Assembly (NCBI GenBank): GCA_030141605.1
Contig: JAQGDQ010000475.1
Location: 62,001 to 126,000 of the forward strand
From: Tubiluchus corallicola
Taxonomy: Eukaryota > Animalia > Priapulida
Reading direction: 5' to 3'
Length of the DNA: 64,000 nt
The notes beneath the pieces were generated by a model. That model had not been told where the DNA came from, did no database searches, and saw nothing but the letters and a program-made list of their open reading frames with translations. Of the stretch, positions 23,267-35,700 are shown in pieces (within the stretch, counting starts at the first letter, position 1; every line of letters starts with the position of its first letter). The position numbers and the translations under genes were made by a program.

Positions 23267-24296
23267 GTGTTTATTCCAGAACAGAACAACAAGACTTCAT
23301 AAAATATACAAATAACCAATAGGTATAAGTACTTATCATGGTATAAAAGAAGGGCAGACTATTTCGAAAAACCGAATGAATAAAAGAATTATGCACAAAA
23401 TCGGCCACATAAGCATCATGATGTGTCACATTGCTTTCAAACAAAAGTGCGTTACTATATCATTTTATGCTAAAAGTTTTAAAAAATTTTAAAAAAATTA
23501 GTGATAGATGCTATCAGTGAATTCCGTTGATACGCTGAATTAAGTTCGCATGCAGTTTGCACATTTCAGACTCTTGCAAATTAACAAATACAAACATTAA
23601 CGACTAATTAACTGCTCTTGCATAAAAAATTTGCTAAAAACATTTGAAATCGATTTCAACTTCGTACGCGATACACTTATTGCAGACAGATGAAATGTAT
23701 AATGGAAATAGGAAAATTTGCTGATTTACATACTGTTTAGTAAGCCACACACAAACACAAAAACAATCGACCAATCACAATTGACTAGATATGATTAAAC
23801 AGAGTGGCGAATGGATCAACGTATGCTTAACTATCAATACCTGTAACAAAAATGTTGCGAATTTTCCTATTTTTTTATTTTCCCACCAAATTATCCCAAT
23901 TTCGTGGAGAAAAAACAGACAGATGGGAGCAGTTAAACTTGCAGGATCGGGGATAGTTCTGATATATACACAATTATCACAAAAAAGTACTTCAGTAATA
24001 ATATATCCTACAAGCAATCCGCTGCATATTCAAACATCCATCAGCAAAAATAAATACTCATTTGAAAATTAACGCGCCTCGTCTACATTTGCAAGAAGAC
24101 TTGGCAAGAAACCATCAAGAAATCCAAAGAGAAGCCAAAATGAAATTACATTATTTCACAATTAAACTCGGATGACCGTGACTAATTTATCATCGTATAT
24201 ATACTGTACAAAACAAATAAAAAACGTTGATTCAACAGGAAGATTAAACGGCGACCCTCCCGGGAGGTAAATTCTAATTACAGCGACCACGAGTGG

Positions 24297-24531
24297 TCAT
24301 GACTCCTCGTTGCCGGAATCGTTGTCGTCGTCCAGGCAACAGTGCGCCTCCTCGTCGTCTTCCTCGCTGTCGTCGATGTCGTCGGGGTAGTCGTCGTCGA
24401 GAAAGTCGTGCATCATGTCGATTGAAGTATGCATGGGTTGCGCCTTCGTCTTGATGCAGTAGTCTTCGACGGTCATGGGAACGACGACGGCGTCTTTTTC
24501 TGCTTCGGCTCGAGAAGCTGCCACCTGTTTC
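24297..24531 (-). CDS. UBE2R2: UBE2R2 exon 5 (acidic tail)
   Basis: [29 protein letters not shown]...[11 protein letters not shown]. Confidence 0.95.
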
Positions 24532-27500
24532 CTGCAAAGTAACAAAAATTTTGTGCGACACTTTGGCACCCACAACTTCATTTTTACACATACTCAGTAA
24601 AACACAAGACGCGATGCGAGCTGAAAAAATATTCACCACTAGATGGCGCCACCAGGGAATCAGAAGAACCAATGAAGATTCAAAGAAGAACAGGTGACAG
24701 ATTTAGATGCTGAGAGTTTTCTTTCTAATTTTACGCTAATATTAATTTATTTTACCTGTTGATAAACTGATAATACGGAGCTGAAAAAAATATTCACCAC
24801 TAGATGGCCCCACCAGGGAATCAGAAGAACCAATGAAAAGATTTTCAGATGAACAGGTGACAGATTTAGATGCCGAGAGTTTTCTTTCTAATTTTACACC
24901 AATATTAATTTATTTTACCTGTTCATAAACTAATAATACAGAGCTGAAAAAACTATTCACCACTAGATGGCTCCACCAGGGAATCAGAAGAACCAATGAA
25001 AAGATTTCCAGACGAACAGGTGACAGATTTAGATGCCGAGACTTTTCTTTCTAATTTTACGCCAATATTAATTTATTTTACCTGTTGATAAACTAATAAT
25101 ACGGAACTGAAAAAAATATTCACCACTAGATGGCTCCACCAGGGAACCAAGAACCAATGAAAAGCTCCCGCTATGACCATCTAATAACTATTTTCTGCAA
25201 CTTACTATTAGAAAATTGTGTGAACTCTGGCTGAGAAGCGACCCTAAAATAACAATCACTGAAGTAATTTCACAGCGTCGCCAAACAAAAGGGAAGTTAG
25301 TTTAGATTAAAAACTCTGTTGTAGAGTCCGACACATTCGGGTTTAGAGGATCTCGAAGATTTCAGCATATGAAGAGTACCTGTATTGCTGTTTGCCAGGA
25401 GGCAATTTTTAACACTTTTTAACTGAAGAGTTTGACATAACACGCTATGGTGATCAATCATAGCAAAGATGCAAGTATCTCGGTAGTCTGCTAACAACAG
25501 AAGACGACATATCAAGACGGAAGATAATGGCATTATCAGCTTACTCAAAACTCACAAAGGTTTTTGAGAACAGGAAGATTTCTTTGGAAACAAAAATTAG
25601 AATATTCTCAGCCTTAGTTGAAACTGTATTTCTGTATAAATCTGAGCTCTGGACATTAAAAGCAAATCATAAAGCTGAGAATAAATGCGTTTCAAAGGCG
25701 AAATTACAGAAACATTTTGGGTATTGGATGGCCAAAGAAAATTTCAAACAAAGATCTATATGAAAAAATAAAAGAAGAACCTTGGACAAGAAAAATAAAA
25801 AGACGCCGTTTAAGATGGATTGGGCATATGCTTAGCCTACCTGATGATATTCCAGTGAAGATAGCTCTTCAACAAGCCATTGAACCAGCTAAAAAACCTG
25901 CAGGAGGACAAATGTGAACATATTTAGATTTTGCACAGAAAGATTTAAACACTTCAGCATTGATCCTTAGAAATAAATGCACTTGGGGTATTGCGGCGAG
26001 TAGGGAGTCCTGGCATAGGGAGGTGAGCAGAATCATGTCCCTTGACGTATGATTCATTGGATGATGATGATCTGGCATAGGGAGGTGAACAGAATCATGT
26101 CCCTTGACGTGTGATTCATTGGATGATGATTTAACACATTTAACAATAAGAACTCCATGCAGTGTCAAGCAAATGTTTAACATTTAGAACGGTATATTAT
26201 TTGCAGTTTTACTTTTGCGATTAAAGGAACAATTCTAAAATTAGTATAATTGGAAACATTTATATTTGTACTTACGCTCTATGCAGCATGGCAGTATTAT
26301 ATGTAATTATTTTGTTGTTGTGATTTCAGCCTGATCATTGCTGCAATATCATAAATAAACCACTTTGATTCAGCAAAAACGTCCATAGTTATTTATGATA
26401 GTTAAACATTTGCTTGACACTGCATTAAGTTCTTATTGTTAAATGTGTTAAAGATTGCCTCCTGGCAAACAGCAATACGGGTACTCTTCATATGCTGAAA
26501 TCTTCGAAATCCTCTAGGGTTTAAAGTCTAAAAGTGGTTTTTCAATGCGCTATGTACTTCTTGTACAAAACTCTTGCGGCTGTGAGTGGTATCACACAGA
26601 CACAGCGCTGCTCAAACTATGAAACCACTAGTAATGCTTGCATTCCCTTAAAAAAGTACAAACTTTGCAAAATCATTGAGGTACGTTGTATTAAAGGATA
26701 AGAAAAGTAGGTTTTGGAAACATCGCCTCACAAAATTATATTACTTTGTAGCAATTTAATGCATTAAGGAAAGTATTAACATCTGTGGCGCCATCTATTT
26801 GGAAATCATCTAACTAGTAGTGAGGTCGATGAGTAGATAGCAAAACAAAGTGAGATCGATGAGTAATGCAAGGTACATCATTTATTATTTGAACGTACAT
26901 TAGTAAACCAAGCCCAAAGAAATGATTTTATTAGCACTTTGCCTACGTTAGATTCGGACTATGTTTTCTCTAGCCAGGATAATAATGCTATAAACGCTTT
27001 TGCAAATCTTATCTCGGATAAATTCCCATCGTTGTTCGCCCGTGTATAAACAGTCTGTTGGTCTTTCGCCCGTATATAAACAGTCTGTTGGTGATGAAAT
27101 TTTACAACTCTCCTCGCGTTTTCTATATGCTGCTTTTTTATGATTATGAGAATTTGCATTAGAATTGGTAATTATGTTTATTATAATTGTACTCGCTGTT
27201 TTTCATTGTGTATGTGTGTAAATTTTTGTTACTAAGTATTAAAATATGTTCGTTATGTTATACATGTATTATTATGTATTTATGTATGTACATCTTTTAT
27301 TATGTATGTATGTAGTGTTGGATTATAATTTGTAACTGTGTCTATTGTATATGATCGTTGTCGTTCAATGTGTCTCATGCGTTGGATTGTAAATTATATA
27401 TATATATATGTGAATAGGTTTCGTACGTTGTAAATGCTTTTAGAAATTTTAAACATATCCCTACAAATATCCCTCCCAGGAAATGTATTCTGTACATAGT

Positions 27501-27734
27501 TTTTAAAAATAAAGAATAATAACAATAATAATAATACCTAATAATGTTCTCGTATTCTTTCTCCTTGCCCCGGGAGTCCCTCCACCTCCTGTACATGACG
27601 GAAGCGTCTACGTTTGCAGGAGAGAATGTGTTTGGCTCGTTTAGTAGCGAGATCACACTGAGCAGAATCGTTCTGAAAGAAAATTACGCATTTCTCAGAC
27701 AGTAGAAACACGTGCTATTAAGATAACACAGCTA

Positions 27735-27790
<56 letters not shown>

Positions 27791-30700
27791 GTGTGTGTGT
27801 GTGTGTGTATAAATTTGGGTACAATTCAGGTACAATTTGTTAAACTAAACTAAAAATATGCACAAGATTTGTCACTGTTGAGCTGGTTTTGCTCAACACA
27901 CAACTGCACACCTCTTCGCTTTTACGTACCTAACATTTTGAGTAGGATTCCATCGTTCTGACGGCTGCTCACCGCTCTGCGGGTCATCAACAGGGGGATG
28001 CAATATCGATATGCACAGATCACCATTCTAAACAACAAATAAACAAATAACAACAAAAACAACAATCAGCAATAGTGAGTTTATTAAACTAAGATTTCTG
28101 CTATTACCTATCAGCTATTAGTAGTGCGTGATGCTAGACATAGACATAGAACATTTATTTTCTCCAATTAGTTTAACATCAAAAGTTTTTTAAATAATAA
28201 GCAATTATAATCATGGAGATAGGGTCATCTAGTCTCCTGTCCTTTCTTATAAATAGATTAGTATATTAAAAATTAACGGTGAAATAAATTGATTGACGGT
28301 GATGCTGCAGATAACAAAAACAAAAACAAATAAGAAAAAAATAATAATAAAAACAGTATAAATGATACAAATTACCCAAAAAGAAATGAAAACAAAAAAT
28401 ATTAAAGTCAGGTACCTAAATCTAAACAAAACAATAACTTATTCAGTAGTTAGGATTATTACATGTAGTAGTTTCAAATGGGGTCTTATTAACAGGGGAA
28501 TTTGACCAAGGTTAGTGAGTAAAGTTAGAAACTGAGAATATGGACAGAAAAAAATAAGCATGAAAAAAGTCTTACAAATCTTGCTTATTAGTCTTACAAG
28601 TTATGTACTACAGGTACATCCATTTAGTAAGATTTTTGTGTAACAAATAACAACAACAACAACAACAATCAGCAACAGTGAGTTAATAGTTTGCCGTTTG
28701 AATGCAGAGAAAAAAATTCAAAACGAATCTAAAAATACTGTAATATTTTTCAACTCGAGAAACCAGACTGCTTGCAAAAAATTGTTTATAAAGTGTCAGA
28801 ATGTAATCCTCGAGTGCAGCAGAGTTACTGCATGTTTTTACTGTTGTATGAAACCAGAGATTTTCACTAAGCCTAAGCGTAGACTTTCTAAAATCTTACA
28901 AGAACAAAATATGAATCACCTCATAAACATTTGGATGCCAAACTTTCGAAAGGAAGCGAAGACTTGGTGGAGAATATGGATAATCTGGCGGGAATTTCAT
29001 GTGTGCCTGAAATTTGAAAAATTCAATTCAATAACACCTTTATTTATATTTTGAGCCTTATCTAATAGCGCAAAAGTATATCGCAGCCGAATGACAAAGG
29101 TAATTGTGTCACACAGCACATATAATTACCTGTCACCACCTAATGGCTGAAATGTAAAATATTACACAAATATATTTACAAATTATGTATTTACACAACT
29201 TTGCTTATTTGGTTTGATGTAACGGATAAACAATAATTTAAATTTTACATCATATTTTACCTGAAAGAGCAAAAACAAGATGTGATTAAAATGAGCATTC
29301 ATTTTCTCTACCAAAAAGCGAATTCGAATCGAACCGAATTTGTGACTTTCGAATTATCGAACTTCAGTGTTTCCAATTCGAACCGAATTCGAATTAAGAT
29401 TGAACGATCTTCGAAAAAGTTTTCGAACCTTGCATGCATATCACTACATTTTGCTCTGCAATAAAACGACTAGTAATTTGTTTAAAATTGTGTGCAGAAA
29501 TCACAGCTAAATTATGCTAATTGCGTGATGTTTCAATCGTTTTAGTGATAAAGAACAAATGTGATTGAAGTGATGAATATTCTAGTCTATAGTTTTGCAT
29601 TCGAATCGAGTTCGAACCAAAAAAAACTCGTTCGAATTGAATTTGAACGTTCGATGCTCACCCCTAGCATTCATGCGTTTACTAAGGCTATTTATTAATG
29701 TAAATAAATTATATTCTTCTATTTATATAAATAAATTCCTTAATCATCCAGTACTTTTTAATACACTAGGAATATTAAATCTTACGAATTGTTGCTATTT
29801 TTCCTGGAATGATATAAAGAAACAGATTGCAACTGTTTACAATCTCTACTCAAATTCACAAGTTACTGATAACCACCATATCATCCATATGTGTACTTGC
29901 GCTGGCTACAGCGACCTTTGGCCAGTAAAGTCTTTCATCAAATTTTCACTCTATCACAAGGCAAACTTGTAGTACAAACAGACGGACTCTAAACCGATTC
30001 ACAGGCTTCGATAAGTGAAACAACCAGAGATGTGTCAGGGTCGTCAAATTTAAAAATTAGTCAATGTTTTTTTGCCTACCACCATAGGGTTACCATATTG
30101 TCTGAGTTGAAAAAGAGGACACGGTGACTTGGCCTTCATTTCATCTGTAAATGCACACTGTCGTTTCGGCATTGTTACTTTCTAATTAAATTTTACCAGT
30201 TGCTCAAAACTGCAGTGAAACTATACAAATTTAAAGAAATTCACATAAAAACAAACAAAATGGCTTCCGAAAGCTGACGTCATTTTAAGTCGTTAGCGAA
30301 TATGCCGAGTATCGACAGCGGTGTGAGTCGTGTGACCCATAGTGATGTGCGAATCGCTTACTTTTGTTCAGTAAATATGTACACAAATCTTTTACAAGGA
30401 TTGCATTTTAAGATGTTAGCAACATCTTGTATAAAAAATTAACGAGCTTTTCTTTGTCTTGTACTGTCCTAAGCCTCTGCAGTTGGCAACGTCCGTACAT
30501 ACTTACGGATTGAGGCAAAACACGGACAAACTGCCGATATTTCGAAAACCCGCCCGGACAGAGGCCCAAACAGAGGACGTGTCCGGGGAAACCCGGAGGT
30601 ATGGTAACCCGATGCCACCATTCATTGAATAATTTACTACATTAATTTGGTCAGCACCAAAAATGAATGAGGAATGACTCAGCAAATATTCGCCTTGCTA

Positions 30701-31419
30701 AATTTGCAGCAAAAAATTATGGATATTTTCGAGTGAAGCTTGGAAAGAAACTGAAAAAATTCATTGACTACTTTGTAAACAATCAGGCTTGGGACAAAAG
30801 TAGTTGACTTCAAATAAAAAAAACATCTCAAAATCAGTCGTATTGGCAAATTTTATGCTTATTTAAGTTATAGTTCATTAATGCTAATTTTAGGTAATTT
30901 TGCGTAAATTTTTAGTGCTTCAGCCCCACCAGCTCTGTTAACTAATATTTCACTGATGGTATTACATTCTTTCCAATTTGTTCAATTTATGCTCAATTTA
31001 TTTCATTTTGAAAAAAAAAGAAAATAATTATACTATAGAATCTAACATAAGACTGCGGCGGTTATAAGTAGTACTGGGCTATTGGAATTACAAAAATCAT
31101 ATTACAGTCAATCAGATACTACTCCTGCTTCCCAGTAACAGGGCTAACTGTAAACAAAGCCCTTTGTTTATACACTATGTTTACACCAAACTTGGCGAAC
31201 AATGCAACAAAAATAACAAATGGTGGTAATACAAAGCTATACCTTAAAGTATCCGCCTTCATATAGTGTATCTGGTGGTCCAAAAATTGCCACTTCCCAT
31301 TCAAACAAATTGTCATCATTGAGTAATTTCACACGAAATCCTTCAACTGGTTCTTCTTGGATATGTTTAAACTCCAAAGCTAGTGCCCGCACGGCACTAT
31401 TGCTAGGCACAGCAGCCAT
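24297..31419 (-). CDS. UBE2R2: Ubiquitin-conjugating enzyme E2 R (CDC34/UBE2R2), complete, 5 exons, 243 aa
   Basis: Exons 31419-31243, 29006-28920, 28027-27930, 27672-27538 and 24531-24297 join in phase. HPN motif, catalytic Cys in [13 protein letters not shown]34 acidic loop [18 protein letters not shown], acidic tail ending DSGNEES*. Confidence 0.97.
24620..25162. repeat. ~162-bp tandem x3.4 carrying CTCF-type motifs
   Basis: CCACTAGATGGC at 24636, 24797, 24960, 25123. Confidence 0.9.
25342..26516. mobile_element. Long-TIR foldback MITE interrupted by a LINE
   Basis: 25342-25415 plus 26130-26182 is the reverse complement of 26401-26516. Confidence 0.75.
25424..26129 (+). mobile_element. 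RTE-clade LINE 3' fragment
   Basis: Frameshifted peptide [21 protein letters not shown]...[11 protein letters not shown]...RRRLRWIGH, typical of the RTE ORF C-terminus; (GAT)n tail; imperfect TSD TTTAACAC.TTTAAC. Confidence 0.8.
27538..27672 (-). CDS. UBE2R2: UBE2R2 exon 4
   Basis: [45 protein letters not shown]. Confidence 0.96.
   Translation of the reverse strand, partial: NDSAQCDLATKRAKHILSCKRRRFRHVQEVEGLPGQGERIREHY
27736..27808. repeat. (TA)n(GT)n microsatellite
   Basis: Direct reading. Confidence 0.95.
27930..28027 (-). CDS. UBE2R2: UBE2R2 exon 3 (catalytic Cys)
   Basis: [33 protein letters not shown]. Confidence 0.96.
28920..29006 (-). CDS. UBE2R2: UBE2R2 exon 2
   Basis: [29 protein letters not shown]. 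Confidence 0.95.
29305..29667 (-). mobile_element. TTCGAA-rich MITE family K
   Basis: Terminus GATGCTCACCCCTA; homologous to 48938-49287 and 56441-56793 in the opposite orientation. Confidence 0.65.
30085..30612 (+). mobile_element. hAT-like MITE family C
   Basis: TIR plus 8-bp TSD TACCACCA/TGCCACCA. Confidence 0.85.
31243..31419 (-). CDS. UBE2R2: UBE2R2 exon 1
   Basis: [28 protein letters not shown]...[13 protein letters not shown]|gt. Confidence 0.95.
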
Positions 31420-31824
31420 TTACAATGCTTAGACGCTGTACTTTATCCTGTAATACTTAAAAACGGATGTTAGTTGACACAAATTTATAAAAAAACTGAA
31501 AATTTGAATGAAATGAAAGGCTACTGTATTTTACAAGCCAGCTGACAAAGATGGTGTCTGGTTAATGACGTCATAATTATACACCGGAAGTGAAGAATTT
31601 TACAAATCTTTCCTTTTACCTGTGACTACTGAAACAGTTTCGCCGGACAGTGTTAACCAAACAATTACGTATTCCTATAGCCACCAAGTGCTTACACTTA
31701 AGATATACATAAACCAAGATATCTTGGACAAAACGCCCCACAAATAACACTGCTTCTCCGTCTGATCGAAAGTTCCGGTTTATTGACTCAACAGCGCATG
31801 CGTTGATAAATGTCTGTTTTCAGA
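31420..31824. promoter_or_regulatory. Bidirectional promoter UBE2R2/PTPN9
   Basis: 405 bp between divergent ATGs. CRE ATGACGTCAT 31565-31574, ETS ACCGGAAGTG 31583-31592, reverse ETS-like TTCCGGT 31773, AP-1 TGACTCA 31784-31790, NRF1-like GCGCATGCG 31794-31802. Confidence 0.75.
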
Positions 31825-31857
31825 ATGGCTGCCGTTCTTTCTCCAGAAGAGGAACAG
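31825..31857 (+). CDS. PTPN9: PTPN9 first coding exon
   Basis: [11 protein letters not shown]|gtaac, in phase with ATREFI of the next exon. Confidence 0.85.
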
Positions 31858-32677
31858 GTAACATATGCGTTTGCTTTGTTTAGCTTATTAATTATAAAAT
31901 GTAAATAGAAAATGTGTTATAAAACTTTGTGTAATATCAGGCATGAGTTTGGTAATGAAATATTTTAACGGATCGATTGTTTAATGACCCATTGGTTGAA
32001 TTATTGATTTTGATCTTCGCTTACACAGTTATAGCTATTATACTATAGGCTTACGGTGTTTCTGTAGGCCTGTCTTACAAAAAAGTAACAAATGCTGTTC
32101 ATGCTGGCGTATGCTGACCTTACTAATGTTGTTAGTATTACTATTGTTACAGCTAGCTTCGCTATGCTTTTTATTTACCTAACAATTACTGCTTTGGTAA
32201 ACTTTGATTAAGCTAGTCTAGTCAATTTGAGTGTAGTGTTCACACTTGCGAGTTTGCTGTCAAAGAGAAAACTCTCGACAAAAAACGGGCTAGTCTAAAC
32301 ACGCTGAAAGACCATCTTGTCGTTCATAAGTAGCTTTGTAAGCACATACTTTGGTGTCAGACCCTGCTTAAGAGAAATTCTGTTTTCCTGTTACTTGCAC
32401 CATGTGAATTGTGACTTGAGTTCATCGTTGTATTCCAGTTAAAGTTAAAGTTTTATTTGGCAATTTACAAAGAGAATGCATTATATTTAGGCCACACGTG
32501 AGTTCATTGATGGAGCAAACTACTTACGCCAGCAATGGGGAGCCGGCCCGATCCCCTGGAATTTGGCAGTTCGCTTTTTGATGGCTAGAAAGTTTGAAGT
32601 GAAAAGAGCACTAGATCTTTACCAAGCTCATGAGGTAAGATTTACATATATTCTTTTAGTTTAAACATCTGGAGCAG

Positions 32678-32709
<32 letters not shown>

Positions 32710-35700
32710 GTTAGGGGGAGAGAGAAACAGAGAGAAAGAAAGAGAGAGCAAGAGAAAGAAAGAGAGGGAGAGAAAGAGAAAGAGAGAGATATAGAGAGCC
32801 CGGAAAAGCATTTAACGCTTCCAGTTGATGTCAGTTTAAACATAATTTATTGTAGGATTGGATCAGACAGTTTGAACAACATGATTTAGGATCCTCACCA
32901 CAACAGACTATACACTATTTACAAGAACATTTACAGTAAGAATTGACTATAACTACACAAGCTGACAAGTTTTACTACAAGATTACATTAGATATTAGTA
33001 ACATTTACAGTAAGAATTGACTATGTCTGCACAAGCTGACAAGTTTTACTACAAGATTACATTAGACATTAGTAACATTTACAGTAAGAATAGACTATAA
33101 CTACACAAGCTGACAAGTTTTACTACAAGATTACATTAGACATTAGTAACATTTACAGTAAGAATATACTATAACTACACAAGCTGACAAGTTTTACTAC
33201 AAGAATACATTAGACATTAGTAGAAAATGACGGTTAGAAAATATTAATGTACAAATATTTAAGACTGACGCATTTCATATCAGATAGAAACTACTGGAAG
33301 CGTATAGTACGTAATATAAAGTCATGTATGCATTGGAATATTTTACAGTTACCCAACATAGCTAAATTCATCTTTTCCGAATAATAACAACTTCAGCAGA
33401 TCATTAGTTCCTAAGGCAGCTATATTAAGGTTTTCGGGCAGAAGTATTTCATTTAATTTATCAAACATAACAACCCTAGTTTATTGATACAATGGGCAGT
33501 GCAACAAAAAGTGTTCGTACATTCTGTGAATGTCATTTTTGAACTTGTTGTTCAGTCACTTTGTTATGGTTGAGTTTAAACACAGAGAAGTATGGATAGT
33601 AAACAAAAATCTATAATAAATATTTCCACTGCACACAACAGAAACGTGTTTATTTAGTGTTTATAGAGAAAACATGAGTAGCAAAACTGCTGCACTGAAC
33701 ATTGAGCAAAAAAACTAGAAAGCAAAAACAGTCAGTAAAACCTGTTTCACAGCCAGTATACAGGTCTAGAACTTGACCTATGCAGAGTTGCACAGGCTTC
33801 ACAACAACCATTGATTTTAGATAGGGAGAGGACCAGTTTGTATGTAGTCACTCTACCATACAATTATACTGAAGGTAAGTCAGCTGGTAGAATGTAACAA
33901 GATCAGCACATAGATGGCAGCACCTAGCTACAATGTACAATTCCAACTTCCATATATTCTTTTCATACAAACCCCTCCCAGAGGAGGCCAATGATCACTC
34001 AAGATGAAGTAAGAAAAATGAAGAGCGAAATGCACATCCAGAGAGAGACAGAATTTGCTACTATGGTTACCGCAAAATCCGAATCTATGCCAAATTTCTA
34101 AAACAATTTTCGAATCCAGATGAAATCCAAATCTCAATTTTTTTAGACATTTATTTATTTAAACCAAATCTTATTCGAATAGCTCTCGGCTGCCATTTCT
34201 TTCACTCGGCGTGAAAATGTGGGTAACTTAAAACCACGTTTGCGTGCAGCGTTATGCTAAAGTAATACAAGAAATCTTAGCATTTTTCCTGAAACTTGCA
34301 GTTAAAATCGTAATTTTGTGCGCGGTTTCACATAGGATGTCATTGTTGGGCACACAGAAACTACATATGACAACATTGCCACGTTTAAAAACATTAAGTA
34401 ACTACTTTTGCAACGAGCGCTACCAAATTGCCTTTTACGAATCTTTGTTGTTTTTAAAACATTCGACGCTGAACGCTAACATTCTGGAACGCAGAGGTCT
34501 CTGATGTCTGCCTTATAGAAATCATCATATCCTGTGAGTAATTTCACAGTCTGACATACTGTCTGCTAATGTGTTTCACAGGGAGGAGTTTTAGGTCCGG
34601 TTCTATATGGCTATTATGTATTGCAGTCGAAGGTAAATTGTTTTTTTAACAAAACTCTACTAAGTCATGTCAGAGATCTGAATCAATGTAGATTCTACAC
34701 TGTAGAAATGTACATTGTAGAATTTCAGCGATTCTGATTGAATCAAAGCTCCGATTCGGATTTTGTTCCGAGGCACCGATCATGGCGGAATTTCACGGCT
34801 CTGTCGTTGGCGTTCTCTTTCGGTTAAGTGAAACACAGTTTTCAGGAAAACAGCTTTCAGGCAGTGAATTCCATAGAGAGGAAACTCGAGGGAAAACCGG
34901 GATCTGTAAGCAGCTGTTCTGTAAACGAGTGCTGTTGGTGAACCGTCGGCATTCAGTAACTAGTCAATAATGAGACGTGACTCCTGAGAGCTTTCTCCAG
35001 TTAAGCAGCATAAAGGAGGCTTGATACGGCAACTGGTCTTCAATGCACAAGCGATTGGGCAGTTATCTAAAATAATTAAAGGAAAATAGGACCATTTTTA
35101 TAGTCGTAGCTCACTTTGATCAGCTGTCCAAAATGTACACTTTATACTATAGGTGTAATAAATGATAAAGAGGGAGATTTCTCATACAGCATCATCATCC
35201 ATCATCATCTAATGAATCGTACATCCGGGGCATGATTCTGTTCACCTCTTTATGCCAGGACTCCCTCCACGCTGCAATGCCCCAAGTGGATTTATTTATT
35301 TCTAAGGATCAATGCTGAAGTGTTTAAATCTTTCTGTGCAAAATCTAAGTATGTTAACATTTGTCCTCCTGCAGGTTTTTTAGCTGGGTCTGTGGCTTGT
35401 TGAAGAGCTATCTTCACAGAAATATCATCAGGTAGTCTAAGCATATGCCCAATCCATCTTAAACGACGTCTTTTTATTTTTCTTGTCCAAGGTTCTTCTT
35501 TTATTTTTCCATATAGATCTTTTTTTGAAATTTTCTTTGGCCATCTAATACCCAAAATGTTTCTGTAATTTCGCCTTTGAAATCATCAATTTCAGCTTTA
35601 TGATCTGCTTTTAATGTCCAGAGCTCAGAGTTGTACAGAAATACTTAGTTTCAACTAAGGCTGAGACTATTCTAATTTTTGTTTCCAAAGAAGTCTTCCT

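Noticed and set aside
24274-24672. 132-aa Arg-rich ORF, and similar shadow ORFs at 44280-44612 and 53400-53759
   Set aside because: Alternative-frame or antisense shadows of GC-rich real exons.
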